A stretch of DNA of 50,966 nt, from contig JAYWIR010000165.1 of NCBI GenBank assembly GCA_036172245.1, positions 1 to 50,966 on the forward strand. Direction: 5' to 3'. The stretch comes from Raillietiella orientalis (lineage: Eukaryota). The translations under genes were made by a program, and so were the position numbers. Positions 23,201 through 34,979 of this stretch are shown here, one piece after another. Under the pieces are notes generated by a model that searched no databases, had not been told where the DNA came from, and saw nothing but the letters and a program-made list of their open reading frames with translations. The number at the start of each line of letters is the position of its first letter. Position 1 is the stretch's first letter.

Positions 23201-24992
23201 TACAAGGGGAATATTCTTGTTCGCTCTCATTCATTTTGTGGTGCAACTTTGCAACTTTTGCAGATATGTAAGAAATTAGAAAACAAAAGATTTCACCATT
23301 GCACTTTTGCGCCTCTTCAAGAAGCATCCTTTTGCAGAGAGTGGCAAATCCCTTTCATGGAGAGCCGAAAGCCCTTCCAATTTCTGCTTTCAGAGGATGA
23401 TTAAGAAGAGTTCGAAATTTCATTAGGGCGTGGCACTTTGGACTCTGTCTAGTTGTCATGGTAACCAATGTCGGACTTACAGGGGGAATATTCTCCTTCG
23501 CTCTCATTCATTTTGTGGTTCAACTTTGCAGCTTTTGCGGATATGTAAGAAATTAGAAAACAAAAGATTTCACCATTGCTCTTTTGCGCCTCTTCAAGAA
23601 GCATCCTTTTGCAGTGAGTGGCAAATCCTTTTCATGGAGAGCCGAAAGCCCTTCCAATTTCTGCTTTCAGAGGATGATTAAGAAGAGTTCGAAATTTCAT
23701 TAGGGAGTGGCACTTTCGACTCTTTCTTGTTTTCATGGTAACCAGTGTCGGACTTACAAAGGGAATATTCTCCTTCGCTCTCATTCATTATGCGGTCCAA
23801 CTTTGCAGCTTTTGGGGATATGAAAGAAATTACAATACAGAAGATTTCACCATTGCACTTTTGAGCCTCTTCAAGAAGCATCCTTTTGCAGAGAGTAGCA
23901 AATTCCCGTCATGGAGTACCGCAAGCCCTTCCAATTTTCTGCTTTCCGAGGATGATTCAGAAGAGTTCGAAATTTCATTTGGGCGTGGCACTTTGGACTC
24001 TGTCTTGTTTTCATGGTAACCAGTGTCGGACTCAAAAGGTTAATATTCCCCTTCGCTCTCATTCATTATGTGGTCCAACTTCGCAGCTTTTCGGGATTTG
24101 TAAACAATTAGAAAACAGAAGATTTCACCATTGCACTTTTGCGCCTCTTCAAGAAGCATCCATTTCCAGTGAGTGGGAAATCCCTTTCATGGAGAGCCGA
24201 AAGCCCTTCCAATTTCTGCTTTCAGAGGATGATTAAGAAGAGTTCTAAATTTCATTAGGGCGTGGCACTTTGGACTCTGTCTTGTTTTCATGGTAACCAG
24301 TGTCGGACTTACAAGGGGAATATTCTCCTTCGCTCTCATTCATTTTGTGGTTCAACTTTGCAGCTTTTGCGGATATGTAAGAAATTAGAAAACAAAAGAT
24401 TTCACCATTGCTCTTTTGCGCCTCTTCAAGAAGCATCCTTTTGCAGTGAGTGGCAAATCTTTTTCATCAAGAGCAGAAAGCCCTTCCAATTTCTGCTTTC
24501 AGAGGATGATTAAGAAGAGTTCGAAATTTCATTAGGGCGTGGCACTTTGGACTCTATCTTGTTTTCATGGTAACCAGTGTCGGACTTACAAAGGGAATAT
24601 TTTTCTTCGCTCTCATTCATTATGCGGTCCAACTTTGCAGCATTTCCGGATATTCAAGAAATTAGAAAACAGAAGATTTCACCATTGCACTTTTGCGCTT
24701 CTTCACGAAGCATCCTTCTGCAGTGAGTGGCAAATCTCTTTCATGGAGAGCCGAAAGCCCTTGCAATTTCTGCTTGAAGAGGATGATTAAGAAGAGTTCG
24801 ATATTTCATTAGGGCGTGGCACTTTGGACTCTGTCCTGTTTTCATGGTAACCAGTGTCGGACTTACAAAGGGAATATTCTCCTTGGCTCTCATTCATTCT
24901 GTCATCAAACTTCGCAGCTTTTCGGGTTCTGTAAACAATTAGAAAACAAAAGATTTCAACATTGCACTTTTGCGCCTGTCCAAGAAGCATCC
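14284..24992 (+). repeat. More diverged, largely monomeric or loose-HOR part of the forward array
   Basis: More private substitutions per monomer. Only partial periodicities remain (20105/21767 = 1662; 22015/23678 = 1663; 17521/20847 = 3326). Confidence 0.8.
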
Positions 24993-25000
24993 CCACCATA
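24993..25000. other. Inversion breakpoint with 8-nt filler CCACCATA between forward A and reverse B satellite
   Basis: Forward A would continue GAAGCATCC-TTTTGC or -ATTT. B would be preceded by CTCAATGTC before CTTCTGAACCC (compare 25270-25289). CCACCATA matches neither continuation. Confidence 0.88.
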
Positions 25001-28000
25001 CTTCTGAACCCACGAAAATGGACGTTTGTGCTTCTATCCATCACGGGAATGTTCCGGTAACTGAAAACGGATCCTCCATGAAAAAACGCAAAAGTGCAAA
25101 GGTCAAATCTGCTAATTTCGAATTGATTCCGAACCCCCAAAAGTTGCAAATTCGGACCACATAATGAAACAAAGAGAAGGAAAACCTTTTCCTTCTAATT
25201 CCGACACTGGTTACCATGAAAACGACACAGAGTCCACAGTGCCCCACCCTAATGAAACGTAGGACTCATCTCAATGTCCTTCTGAACCCACGAAAATGGA
25301 CGTTTGTGCTTCTATCCATCACGGGAATGTTCCGGTAACTGAAAACGGATCCTCCATGAAAAAACGCAAAAGTGCAAAGGTCAAATCTGCTAATTTCGAA
25401 TTGATTCCGAACCCCCAAAAGTTGCAAATTCGGACCACATAATGAAACAAAGAGAAGGAAAACCTTTTTCTTCTAATTCCGACACTGGTTACCATGAAAA
25501 CGACACAGAGTCCACAGTGCCCCACCCTAATGAAACGTAGGACTCATCTCAATGTCCTTCTGAACCCACGAAAATGGACGTTCGTGGTTCTATCCATCAC
25601 TGGAATGTTGCGGTCCCTGAAAACGGATCCTCCGTGTAAAAACGCCAAAGTGCAAAGGTCAAATCTGCTAATTTCGAATTGATTCCGAACCCCCAAAAGT
25701 TGCCAATTCGTACCACATAATGAAACAAAGACAGGGAAAACCTTTTCCTTGTAATTCCGACACTGGTTACCATGAAAACGACACAGAGTGCACAGTGCCC
25801 CACCCTAATGAAACGTCGGACTCATCTCAATGTCCTTCTGAACCAACGAAAAAGGACGTTTGTGCTTGTAACCATCACGGGAATTTTCCGGTCACCGAAA
25901 ACGGATCCTAGGTGAAAAAACGCAAATGTTCAAAGGTCAAATCTGCTGATTTCGAATTGATTCCGAACCCCCAAAAGTTGCCAATTCGGACCACATAATG
26001 AAACAAAGAGAAGGAAAACCTTTTCCTTCTAATTCCGTCATTGGTTACCATGAAAACGACACAGAGTTCACAGTGCCCCAACCTAATGAAACGTCGGACT
26101 CATCTCAATGTCCTTCTGAACCCACGAAAAAGGACGTTTGTGCTTCTATCCATCAAGGGAATTTTCCCGTCTCCGAAAACGGATCCTACGTGAAAAAACG
26201 CAAAAGTTCAAAGGTCAACTCTGCTGATTTCGAATTGATTCCGAACCCCCAAAAGTTGCTAATTCGGACTACATAATGAAACAAAGAGAAGGAAAACCTT
26301 TTCCTTCTAATTCCGTCATTGGTTACCATGAAAACGACACAGAGTTCACAGTGCCCCAGCCTAATGAAACGTAGGACTCATCTCAATGTCCTTCTGAACC
26401 CACGAAAAAGGACGTTTGTGCTTCTATCCATCACGGGAATTTTCCCGTCTCTGAAGACGGATCCTACGTGACCAAACGCAAAAGTTCAAAGGTCAAATCT
26501 GCTGATTTCGAATTGATTCCGAACCCCACAAAAGTTGCCAATTCGGACCACATAATGAAACAAAGAGAAGAAAAACCTTTTCCTTCTAATTCCGACACTG
26601 GTTACCATGAAAACGACACAGAGTCCACAGTGCCCCACACTAATGAAACGTCGGACTCATCTGAATGTCCTACTGAACCAACGAAAAAGGACGTCTGTGC
26701 TTGTATCCATCACGGGAATTTTCCGGTCACCGAAAACGGATCCTACGTGAAAAAACGCAAAAGTGCAAAGGTCAAATCTGCTGATTTCGAATTGATTCCG
26801 AACACCCAAAAATTGCCAATTCGGACCACATAATGAAACAAAGAGAAGGAAAACCTTTTTGTTCTAATTCCGGCACTGGTTACCATGAAAACGACACAGA
26901 GTCCACAGTGCCCCACCCTAATGAAACGTAGGACTCATCTCAATGTCCTTCTGAACCCACGAAAATGGACGTTTGTGCTTCTATCCATCACGGGAATGTT
27001 CCGGTAACTGAAAACGGATCCTACGTGAAAAAACGCAAAAGTGCAAAGGTCAAATCTGCTGATTTCGAATTGATTCCGAACCCCCAAAAGTTGCAAATTC
27101 GGACCACATAATGAAACAAAGACAGGGAAAACCTTTTCCTTGTAATTCCGACACTGGTTACCATGAAAACGACACAGAGTCCACAGTGCCCCACCCTAAT
27201 GAAACGTCGGACTCATCTGAATGTCCTTCTGAACCAACGAAAAAGGACGTTTGTGCTTGTATCCATCACGGGAATTTTCCGGTCACCGAAAACGGATCCT
27301 ACGTGAAAAAACGCAAAAGTGCAAAGGTCAAATCTGCTGATTTCGAATTTATTCCGAACCCCCAAAAGTTGCCAATTCGGACCACATAATGAAACAAAGA
27401 GAAAGAAAACCTTTTCCTTCTAATTCCGACACTGGTTACCATGAAAACGACAGAGAGTCCACAGTGCCCCACCCTAATGAAACGTCGGACTCATCTCAAT
27501 GTCCTTCTGAACCAACGAAAAAGGACGTTTGTGCTTGTATTCATCACGGGAATTTTCCGGTCATCGAAAACGGATCCTACGTGAAAAAACGCAAAAGTTC
27601 AAAGGTCAAATCTGCTGATTTCGAATTGATTCCGAACCCCCAAAAGTTGCCAATTCGGACCACATAATGAAACAAAGAGAAGGAAAACCTTTTCCTTCTA
27701 ATTCCGACACTGGTTACCATGAAAACGACACAGAGTCCACAGTGCCTCACCCTAATGAAACGTCGGACTCATCTCAATGTCCTTCTGAACCCACGAAAAA
27801 GGACGTTTGTGCTTCTATCCATCACGGGAATGTTCCGGTAACTGAAAAGGGATCCTACGTGAAAAAACGCAAAAGTGCAAAGGTCAAATCTGCTGATTTC
27901 GAATTGATTCCGAACCCCCAAAAGTTGCCAATTCGGACCACATAATGAAACAAAGAGAAGGAAAACCTTTTTCTTCTAATTCCGACACTGGTTACCATGA

Positions 28001-29116
28001 AAACGACACAGAGTCCACAGTGCCCCACCCTAATGAAACGTAGGACTCATCTCAATGTCCTTCTGAACCCACGAAAATGGACGTTTGTGCTTCTATCCAT
28101 CACGGGAATGTTCCGGTAACTGAAAACGGATCCTACGTGAAAAAACGCAAAAGTGCAAAGGTCAAATCTGCTGATTTCGAATTGATTCCGAACCCCCAAA
28201 AGTTGCAAATTCGGACCACATAATGAAACAAAGAGAGGGAAAACCTTTTCCTTCTAATTCCGACACTGGTTACCATGAAAACGACACAGAGTCCACAGTG
28301 CCCCACCCTAATGAAACGTAGGACTCATCTCAATGTCCTTCTGAACCCACGAAAATGGACGTTTGTGCTTCTATCCATCACGGGAATGTTCCGGTAACTG
28401 AAAACGGATCCTACGTGAAAAAACGCAAAAGTGCAAAGGTCAAATCTGCTGATTTCGAATTGATTCCGAACCCCCAAAAGTTGCCAATTCGGACCACATA
28501 CTCAAACAAAGAGAAGGAAAACCTTTTCTTTCTAATTCCGACACTGGTTACCATGAAAACGACACAGAGTCCACAGTGCCCCACCCTAATGAAACGTAGG
28601 ACTCATCTCAATGTCCTTCTGAACCCACGAAAATGGACGTTTGTGCTTCTATCCATCACGGGAATGTTCCGGTAACTGAAAACGGATCCTCCATGAAAAA
28701 ACGCAAAAGTGCAAAGGTCAAATCTGCTAATTTCGAATTGATTCCGAACCCCCAAAAGTTGCCAATTCGGACCACATAATGAAACAAAGAGAAGGAAAAC
28801 CTTTTCCTTCTAATTCCGACACTGGTTACCATGAAAACGACACAGAGTCCACAGTGCCCCAACCTAATGAAACGTTGGACTCATCTCAATGTCCTTCTGA
28901 ACCCAAGAAAATGGACGTTTGTGCTTTCATTCATCACGGGAATGTTCCCGTCATTGAAAACGGATCCTACGTGAAAAAACGCAAAAGTGCAAAGGTCAAA
29001 TCTGCTGATTTCGAATTGATTCCGAACCCCCAAAAGTTGCCAATTCGGACCACATAATGAAACAAAGAGAGGGAAAACCTTTTCCTTCTAATTCCGACAC
29101 TGGTTACCATGAAAAC
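25001..29116 (-). repeat. Divergent 278-bp sister satellite (B), ~14.8 copies, reverse orientation
   Basis: CTTCTGAACCCACGAAAATGGACG recurs at 25001, 25279, 25557 (period 278). It aligns without gaps to the reverse complement of the 278-bp form of A, with ~68 mismatches by hand count (~75% identity). Each unit has a GGATCC (BamHI) site. Confidence 0.95.
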
Positions 29117-29994
29117 AATGCAGAGTCCAAAGTGCCACGCCCTAATGAAATTTCGAACTCTTCTTAATCATCCTCTGAAAGCAGAAATTGGAAGGGCTTT
29201 CCGCTCTCCATGAAAGGGATTTGCCACTCACTGCAAAAGGATACTTCGTGAAGAGGCGCAAAAGTGCAATGGTGTAATCTTCTGTTTTCTAATTGAATAC
29301 AAATCCCCAAAAGCTGCAAAGTTGGACCACATAATGAATGGGAGCGAACGAGAATATTCCCCTTCTAAGTCCGACACTGGTTACCATGAAAACAACACAG
29401 AGTCCAAAGTGCCACGCCCTAATTAAATTTCCAACTCTTCTTAATCATCCTCTGAAAGCAGAAATTGAAAGGGCTTTCGGCTCTAATTGAAAGGGATTTG
29501 CCACTCACTGCAAAAGGATGCTTCGTGAAGAGGAGCAAAAGTGCAATGGTGAAATCTTCTGTTTTCTAATTTCTTAAATATACACAAAAGCTGCAATGTT
29601 GGACCACATAATGAATGGGAGCGAACGAGAATATTCCCCTTGAAAGTCCGACACTGGTTACCATGAAAACAAGACCGAGTCCAAAGTGCCACGCCCTAAT
29701 GAAATTTCGAACTCTTCTTAATCATCCTCTGAAAGCAGAGATTGGAAGGGCTTGCGGCTCTCCATGAAAGGGATTTGCCACTCACTGCAAAAGGATACTT
29801 CGTGAAGAGGCGCAAAAGTGCAATGGTGAAATCTTCTGTTTTCTAATTGAATACAAATCCCCAAAAGCTGCAAAGTTGGACCACATAATGAAAGGGAGCG
29901 AAGGAGAATATTCCCCTTCAAAGTCCGACACTGGTTACCATGAAAACAAGACAGAGTCCAAAGTGCCACGCCCTAATGAAGTTTCGAACTCTTC

Positions 29995-32900
29995 TTAATC
30001 ATCCTCTGAAAGCAGAGATTGGAAGGGCTTGCGGCTCTCCATGAAAGGGATTTGCCACTTACTGCAAAAGGATACTTCGTGAAGAGGCGCAAAAGTGCAA
30101 TGGTGAAATCTTTTGTTTTCTAATTTCTTACATATCCGCAAAAGCTGCAAAGTTGCACCACATAATGAAAGAGAGCGAAGGAGAATATTCCCTTTGTAAG
30201 TCCGACACTGGTTACCATGAAAACGAGACAGAAAACAAAGTGCCACGCCCTGAAGAAATTTCGAACTCTTCTTAATCATTCTCTGAAAGCCGAAATTGGA
30301 AGGGCTTTGGGCTCTCCATGAAAGGGATTTGCCACTCACTGCAAAAGGATGCTTCGTGAAGAAATGCAAAAGTCCAATGGTGAAATCTTCTGTTTTCTAA
30401 TTGAATACAAATCCCCAAAAGCTGCAAAGTTGGACCACATAATGAATGGGAGCGAACGAGAATATTCCCCTTGTAAGTCCGACACTGGTTACTATGAAAA
30501 CAACACAGAGTCCAAAGTGCCACGTCCAAATGAAATTTCGAACTCTTCTTAATCATCCTCTGAAAGCAGAAATTGAAAGGGCTTTCGGCTCTAAATGAAA
30601 TGGATTTGCCACTCACTGCAAAAGGATGTTTCGTGAAGAGGAGCAAAAGTGCAATGGTGATATCTTCTGTTTTCTAATTTCTTAAATATCCACAAAAGCT
30701 GCAGTGTTGGACCACATAATGAATGAGAGCGAAGGAGAATATTCCCCTTGAAAGTCCGACACTGGTTACCATGAAAACAAGACAGAGTCCAAAGTGCCAC
30801 GCCCTAATGAAATTTCGAACTCTTCTTAATCATCCTCTGAAAGCAGAAATTGGAAGGGCTATCGGCTCTCCATGAAAGGGATTTGCCACTCACTGCAAAA
30901 GGATGCTTCGTGAAGAGGTGCAAAAGTGCAATGGTGAAATCATCTGTTTTGTAATTGAATACAAATCCCTAAAAGCTGCAAAGTTGGACCACATAATGAA
31001 TGGGAGCGAACGAGAATACTCCCCTTGTAAGTCCGCCACTGGTTACCATGAAAACAACACAGAGTCCAAAGTGCCACGCCCAAATGAAATTTCGAACTCT
31101 TCTTAATCATCCTCTGAAAGCAGAGATTCGAAGGGCTTGCGGCACTCCATGAAAGGGATTTGACACTCACTGCAAAAGGATACTTCGTGAAGAGGCGCAA
31201 AAGTGCAATGGTGAAATCTTCTGTTTTCTTATTTCTCAAATATCCACAAAAGCTGCAATGTTGGACCACATAATGAATGATAGCGAAGGAGAATATTCCC
31301 CTTGAAAGTCCCACACTTGTTACCATGAAAACAAGACCGAGTCCAAAGTGCCACGCCCAAATGAAATTTCGAACTCTTCTTAATCATCCTCTGAAAGCAG
31401 AGATTGGAAGGGCTTGCGGCTCTCCATGAATGGGATTTGCCACTCACTGCAAAAGGATACTTCGTGAAGAGGCGCAAAAGTGCAATGGTGAAATCTTCTG
31501 TTTTCTAATTTCTTAAATATCCACAAATGCTGCAATGTTGGACCACATAATGAATGGGAGCGAACGAGAATATTCCCCTTGAAAGTCCGACACTGGTTAC
31601 CATGAAAACAAGACCGAGTCCAAAGTGCCACGCCCTAATGAAATTTCGAACTCTTCTTAATCATCCTCTGAAAGCAGAGATTGGAAGTTCTTTCGGATCT
31701 CCATGAAAGGGATTTGCCACTCACTGCAAAAGGATACTTCGTGAAGAGGCGCAAAAGTGCAATGGTGAAATCTTCTGTTTTCTAATTGAATACAAATCCC
31801 AAAAAGCTGCAATGTTGGACCACATAATGAATGAGAGGGAAGGAGAATATTCCCCTTGAAATTCCGACACTGGTTACCATGAAAACAAGACAGAGTCCAA
31901 AGTGCCACGCCCTAATGAAATTTCGAACTCTTCTTAATCATTCTCTGAAAGCCGAAATTGGAAGGGCTTTGGGCTCTCCATGAAAGGGATTTGCCACTCA
32001 CTGCAAAAGGATGCTTCGTGAAGAAATGCAAAAGTGCAATGGTGAAATCTTCTGTTTTCTAATTTCTTAAATATCCACAAAAGCTGAAATGTTGGACCAC
32101 ATAATGAATGAGAGCGAAGGAGAATATTCCCCTTGAAAGTCCGACACTGGTTACCATGAAAACAAGACCGAGTCCAAAGTGCCACGCCCTAATGAAATTT
32201 CGAACTCTTCTTAATCATCCTCTGAAAGCAGAGATTGGAAGGGCTTGCGGCTCTCCAGGAAAGGGATTTGCCACTCACTGAAAAAGGATGCTTCGTGAAC
32301 AGGCGCAAAACTGCAATGGTGAAATCTTCTGTTTTCTAATTGAATACAAACCCCCAAAAGCTGCAAAGTTGGACCACATAATGAATGGGAGCGAACGAGA
32401 ATATTCCCCTTCTAAGTCCGACACTGGTTACCATGAAAACAACACAGAGTTCAAAGTACCACGCTCAAATGAAATTTCGAACTCTTCTTAATCATGCTGG
32501 AAAGCAGAGATTGGAAGGGCTTGCGGCTCTCCATGAAAGGGATTTGCCACTCACTGCAAAAGGATACTTCGTGAAGAGGCGCAAAACTGCAATGGTGAAA
32601 TCTTCTGTTTTCTAATTGAATACAAACCCCCAAAAGCTGCAAAGTTGGACCACATAATGAATGGGAGCGAACGAGAATATTTCCCTTCTAAGTCCGACAC
32701 TGGTTACCATGAAAACAACACAGAGTTCAAAGTGCCACGCCCTAATGAAGTTTCGAACTCTTCTTAATCATCCTCTGAAAGCAGAGATTGGAAGGGCTTG
32801 CGGCTCTCCATGAAAGGGATTTGCCACTTACTGCAAAAGGATACTTCGTGAAGAGGCGCAAAAGTGCAATGGTGAAATCTTTTGTTTTCTAATTTCTTAC

Positions 32901-34979
32901 ATATCCGCAAAAGCTGCAAAGTTGCACCACATAATGAAAGAGAGCGAAGGAGAATATTCCCTTTGTAAGTCCGACACTGGTTACCATGAAAACGAGACAG
33001 AAAACAAAGTGCCACGCCCTAATGAAATTTCGAACTCTTCTTAATCATTCTCTGAAAGCCGAAATTGGAAGGGCTTTGGGCTCTCCATGAAAGGGATTTG
33101 CCACTCACTGCAAAAGGATGCTTCGTGAAGAAATGCAAAAGTCCAATGGTGAAATCTTCTGTTTTCTAATTGAATACAAATCCCCAAAAGCTGCAAAGTT
33201 GGACCACATAATGAATGGGAGCGAACGAGAATATTCCCCTTGTAAGTCCGACACTGGTTACTATGAAAACAACACAGAGTCCAAAGTGCCACGTCCAAAT
33301 GAAATTTCGAACTCTTCTTAATCATCCTCTGAAAGCAGAAATTGAAAGGGCTTTCGGCTCTAAATGAAATGGATTTGCCACTCACTGCAAAAGGATGTTT
33401 CGTGAAGAGGAGCAAAAGTGCAATGGTGATATCTTCTGTTTTCTAATTTCTTAAATATCCACAAAAGCTGCAGTGTTGGACCACATAATGAATGAGAGCG
33501 AAGGAGAATATTCCCCTTGAAAGTCCGACACTGGTTACCATGAAAACAAGACAGAGTCCAAAGTGCCACGCCCTAATGAAATTTCGAACTCTTCTTAATC
33601 ATCCTCTGAAAGCAGAAATTGGAAGGGCTATCGGCTCTCCATGAAAGGGATTTGCCACTCACTGCAAAAGGATGCTTCGTGAAGAGGTGCAAAAGTGCAA
33701 TGGTGAAATCATCTGTTTTGTAATTGAATACAAATCCCTAAAAGCTGCAAAGTTGGACCACATAATGAATGGGAGCGAACGAGAATACTCCCCTTGTAAG
33801 TCCGCCACTGGTTACCATGAAAACAACACAGAGTCCAAAGTGCCACGCCCAAATGAAATTTCGAACTCTTCTTAATCATCCTCTGAAAGCAGAGATTCGA
33901 AGGGCTTGCGGCACTCCATGAAAGGGATTTGACACTCACTGCAAAAGGATACTTCGTGAAGAGGCGCAAAAGTGCAATGGTGAAATCTTCTGTTTTCTTA
34001 TTTCTCAAATATCCACAAAAGCTGCAATGTTGGACCACATAATGAATGATAGCGAAGGAGAATATTCCCCTTGAAAGTCCCACACTTGTTACCATGAAAA
34101 CAAGACCGAGTCCAAAGTGCCACGCCCAAATGAAATTTCGAACTCTTCTTAATCATCCTCTGAAAGCAGAGATTGGAAGGGCTTGCGGCTCTCCATGAAT
34201 GGGATTTGCCACTCACTGCAAAAGGATACTTCGTGAAGAGGCGCAAAAGTGCAATAGTGAAATCTTCTGTTTTCTAATTTCTTAAATATCCACAAATGCT
34301 GCAATGTTGGACCACATAATGAATGGGAGCGAACGAGAATATTCCCCTTGAAAGTCCGACACTGGTTACCATGAAAACAAGACCGAGTCCAAAGTGCCAC
34401 GCCCTAATGAAATTTCGAACTCTTCTTAATCATCCTCTGAAAGCAGAGATTGGAAGTTCTTTCGGATCTCCATGAAAGGGATTTGCCACTCACTGCAAAA
34501 GGATACTTCGTGAAGAGGCGCAAAACTGCAATGGTGAAATCTTCTGTTTTCTAATTGAATACAAACCCCCAAAAGCTGCAAAGTTGGACCACATAATGAA
34601 TGGGAGCGAACGAGAATATTTCCCTTCTAAGTCCGACACTGGTTACCATGAAAACAACACAGAGTCCAAAGTGCCACGCCCTAATGAAGTTTCGAACTCT
34701 TCTTAATCATCCTCTGAAAGCAGAGATTGGAAGGGCTTGCGGCTCTCCATGAAAGGGATTTGCCACTCACTGCAAAAGGATACTTCGTGAAGAGGCGCAA
34801 AAGTGCAATGGTGAAATCTTTTGTTTTCTAATTTCTTACATATCCGCAAAAGCTGCAAAGTTGCACCACATAATGAAAGAGAGCGAAGGAGAATATTCCC
34901 TTTGTAAGTCCGACACTGGTTACCATGAAAACGAGACAGAAAACAAAGTGCCACGCCCTAATGAAATTTCGAACTCTTC
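29995..34979 (-). repeat. 10-mer HOR (2769 bp, 29995-32763) followed by a 7-mer deletion derivative (1939 bp, 32764-34702); a partial further copy lies at ~39410-41070
   Basis: The marker monomer containing ACGAGACAGAAAACAAAG starts at 29995, 32764, 34703 and 39964. ORF offsets 30272/33041, 30591/33360 and 31380/34149 equal 2769. Confidence 0.9.

Larger units (their letters stand above)
1..24992 (+). repeat. Tandem satellite array, ~277-bp monomer (276-278), ~90 copies, forward orientation (subfamily A-left); extends beyond the window start
   Basis: The motif GAAATTTCATTAGGGCGTGGCACTTTGGACTCTGTCTTGTTTTCATGGTAACCAGTGTCGGACT recurs with its GTGGCA at 155, 432, 709, 985, 1263, 1539, 1816, 2094, 2371 ... 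24539, 24816. The last monomer is truncated at ...CAAGAAGCATCC (24992). Strand label is arbitrary. Confidence 0.98.

Noticed and set aside
24993..29116. B island as a transposon insertion
   Set aside because: It has no terminal repeats, target-site duplication or coding capacity. It is colinear with the A monomer and merges into A in register.
20000..34000. Recent perfect palindrome from fold-back or breakage-fusion-bridge, or a mirror assembly artefact
   Set aside because: The two arms carry different diagnostic alleles and HORs and are separated by B, so they are not mirror copies.
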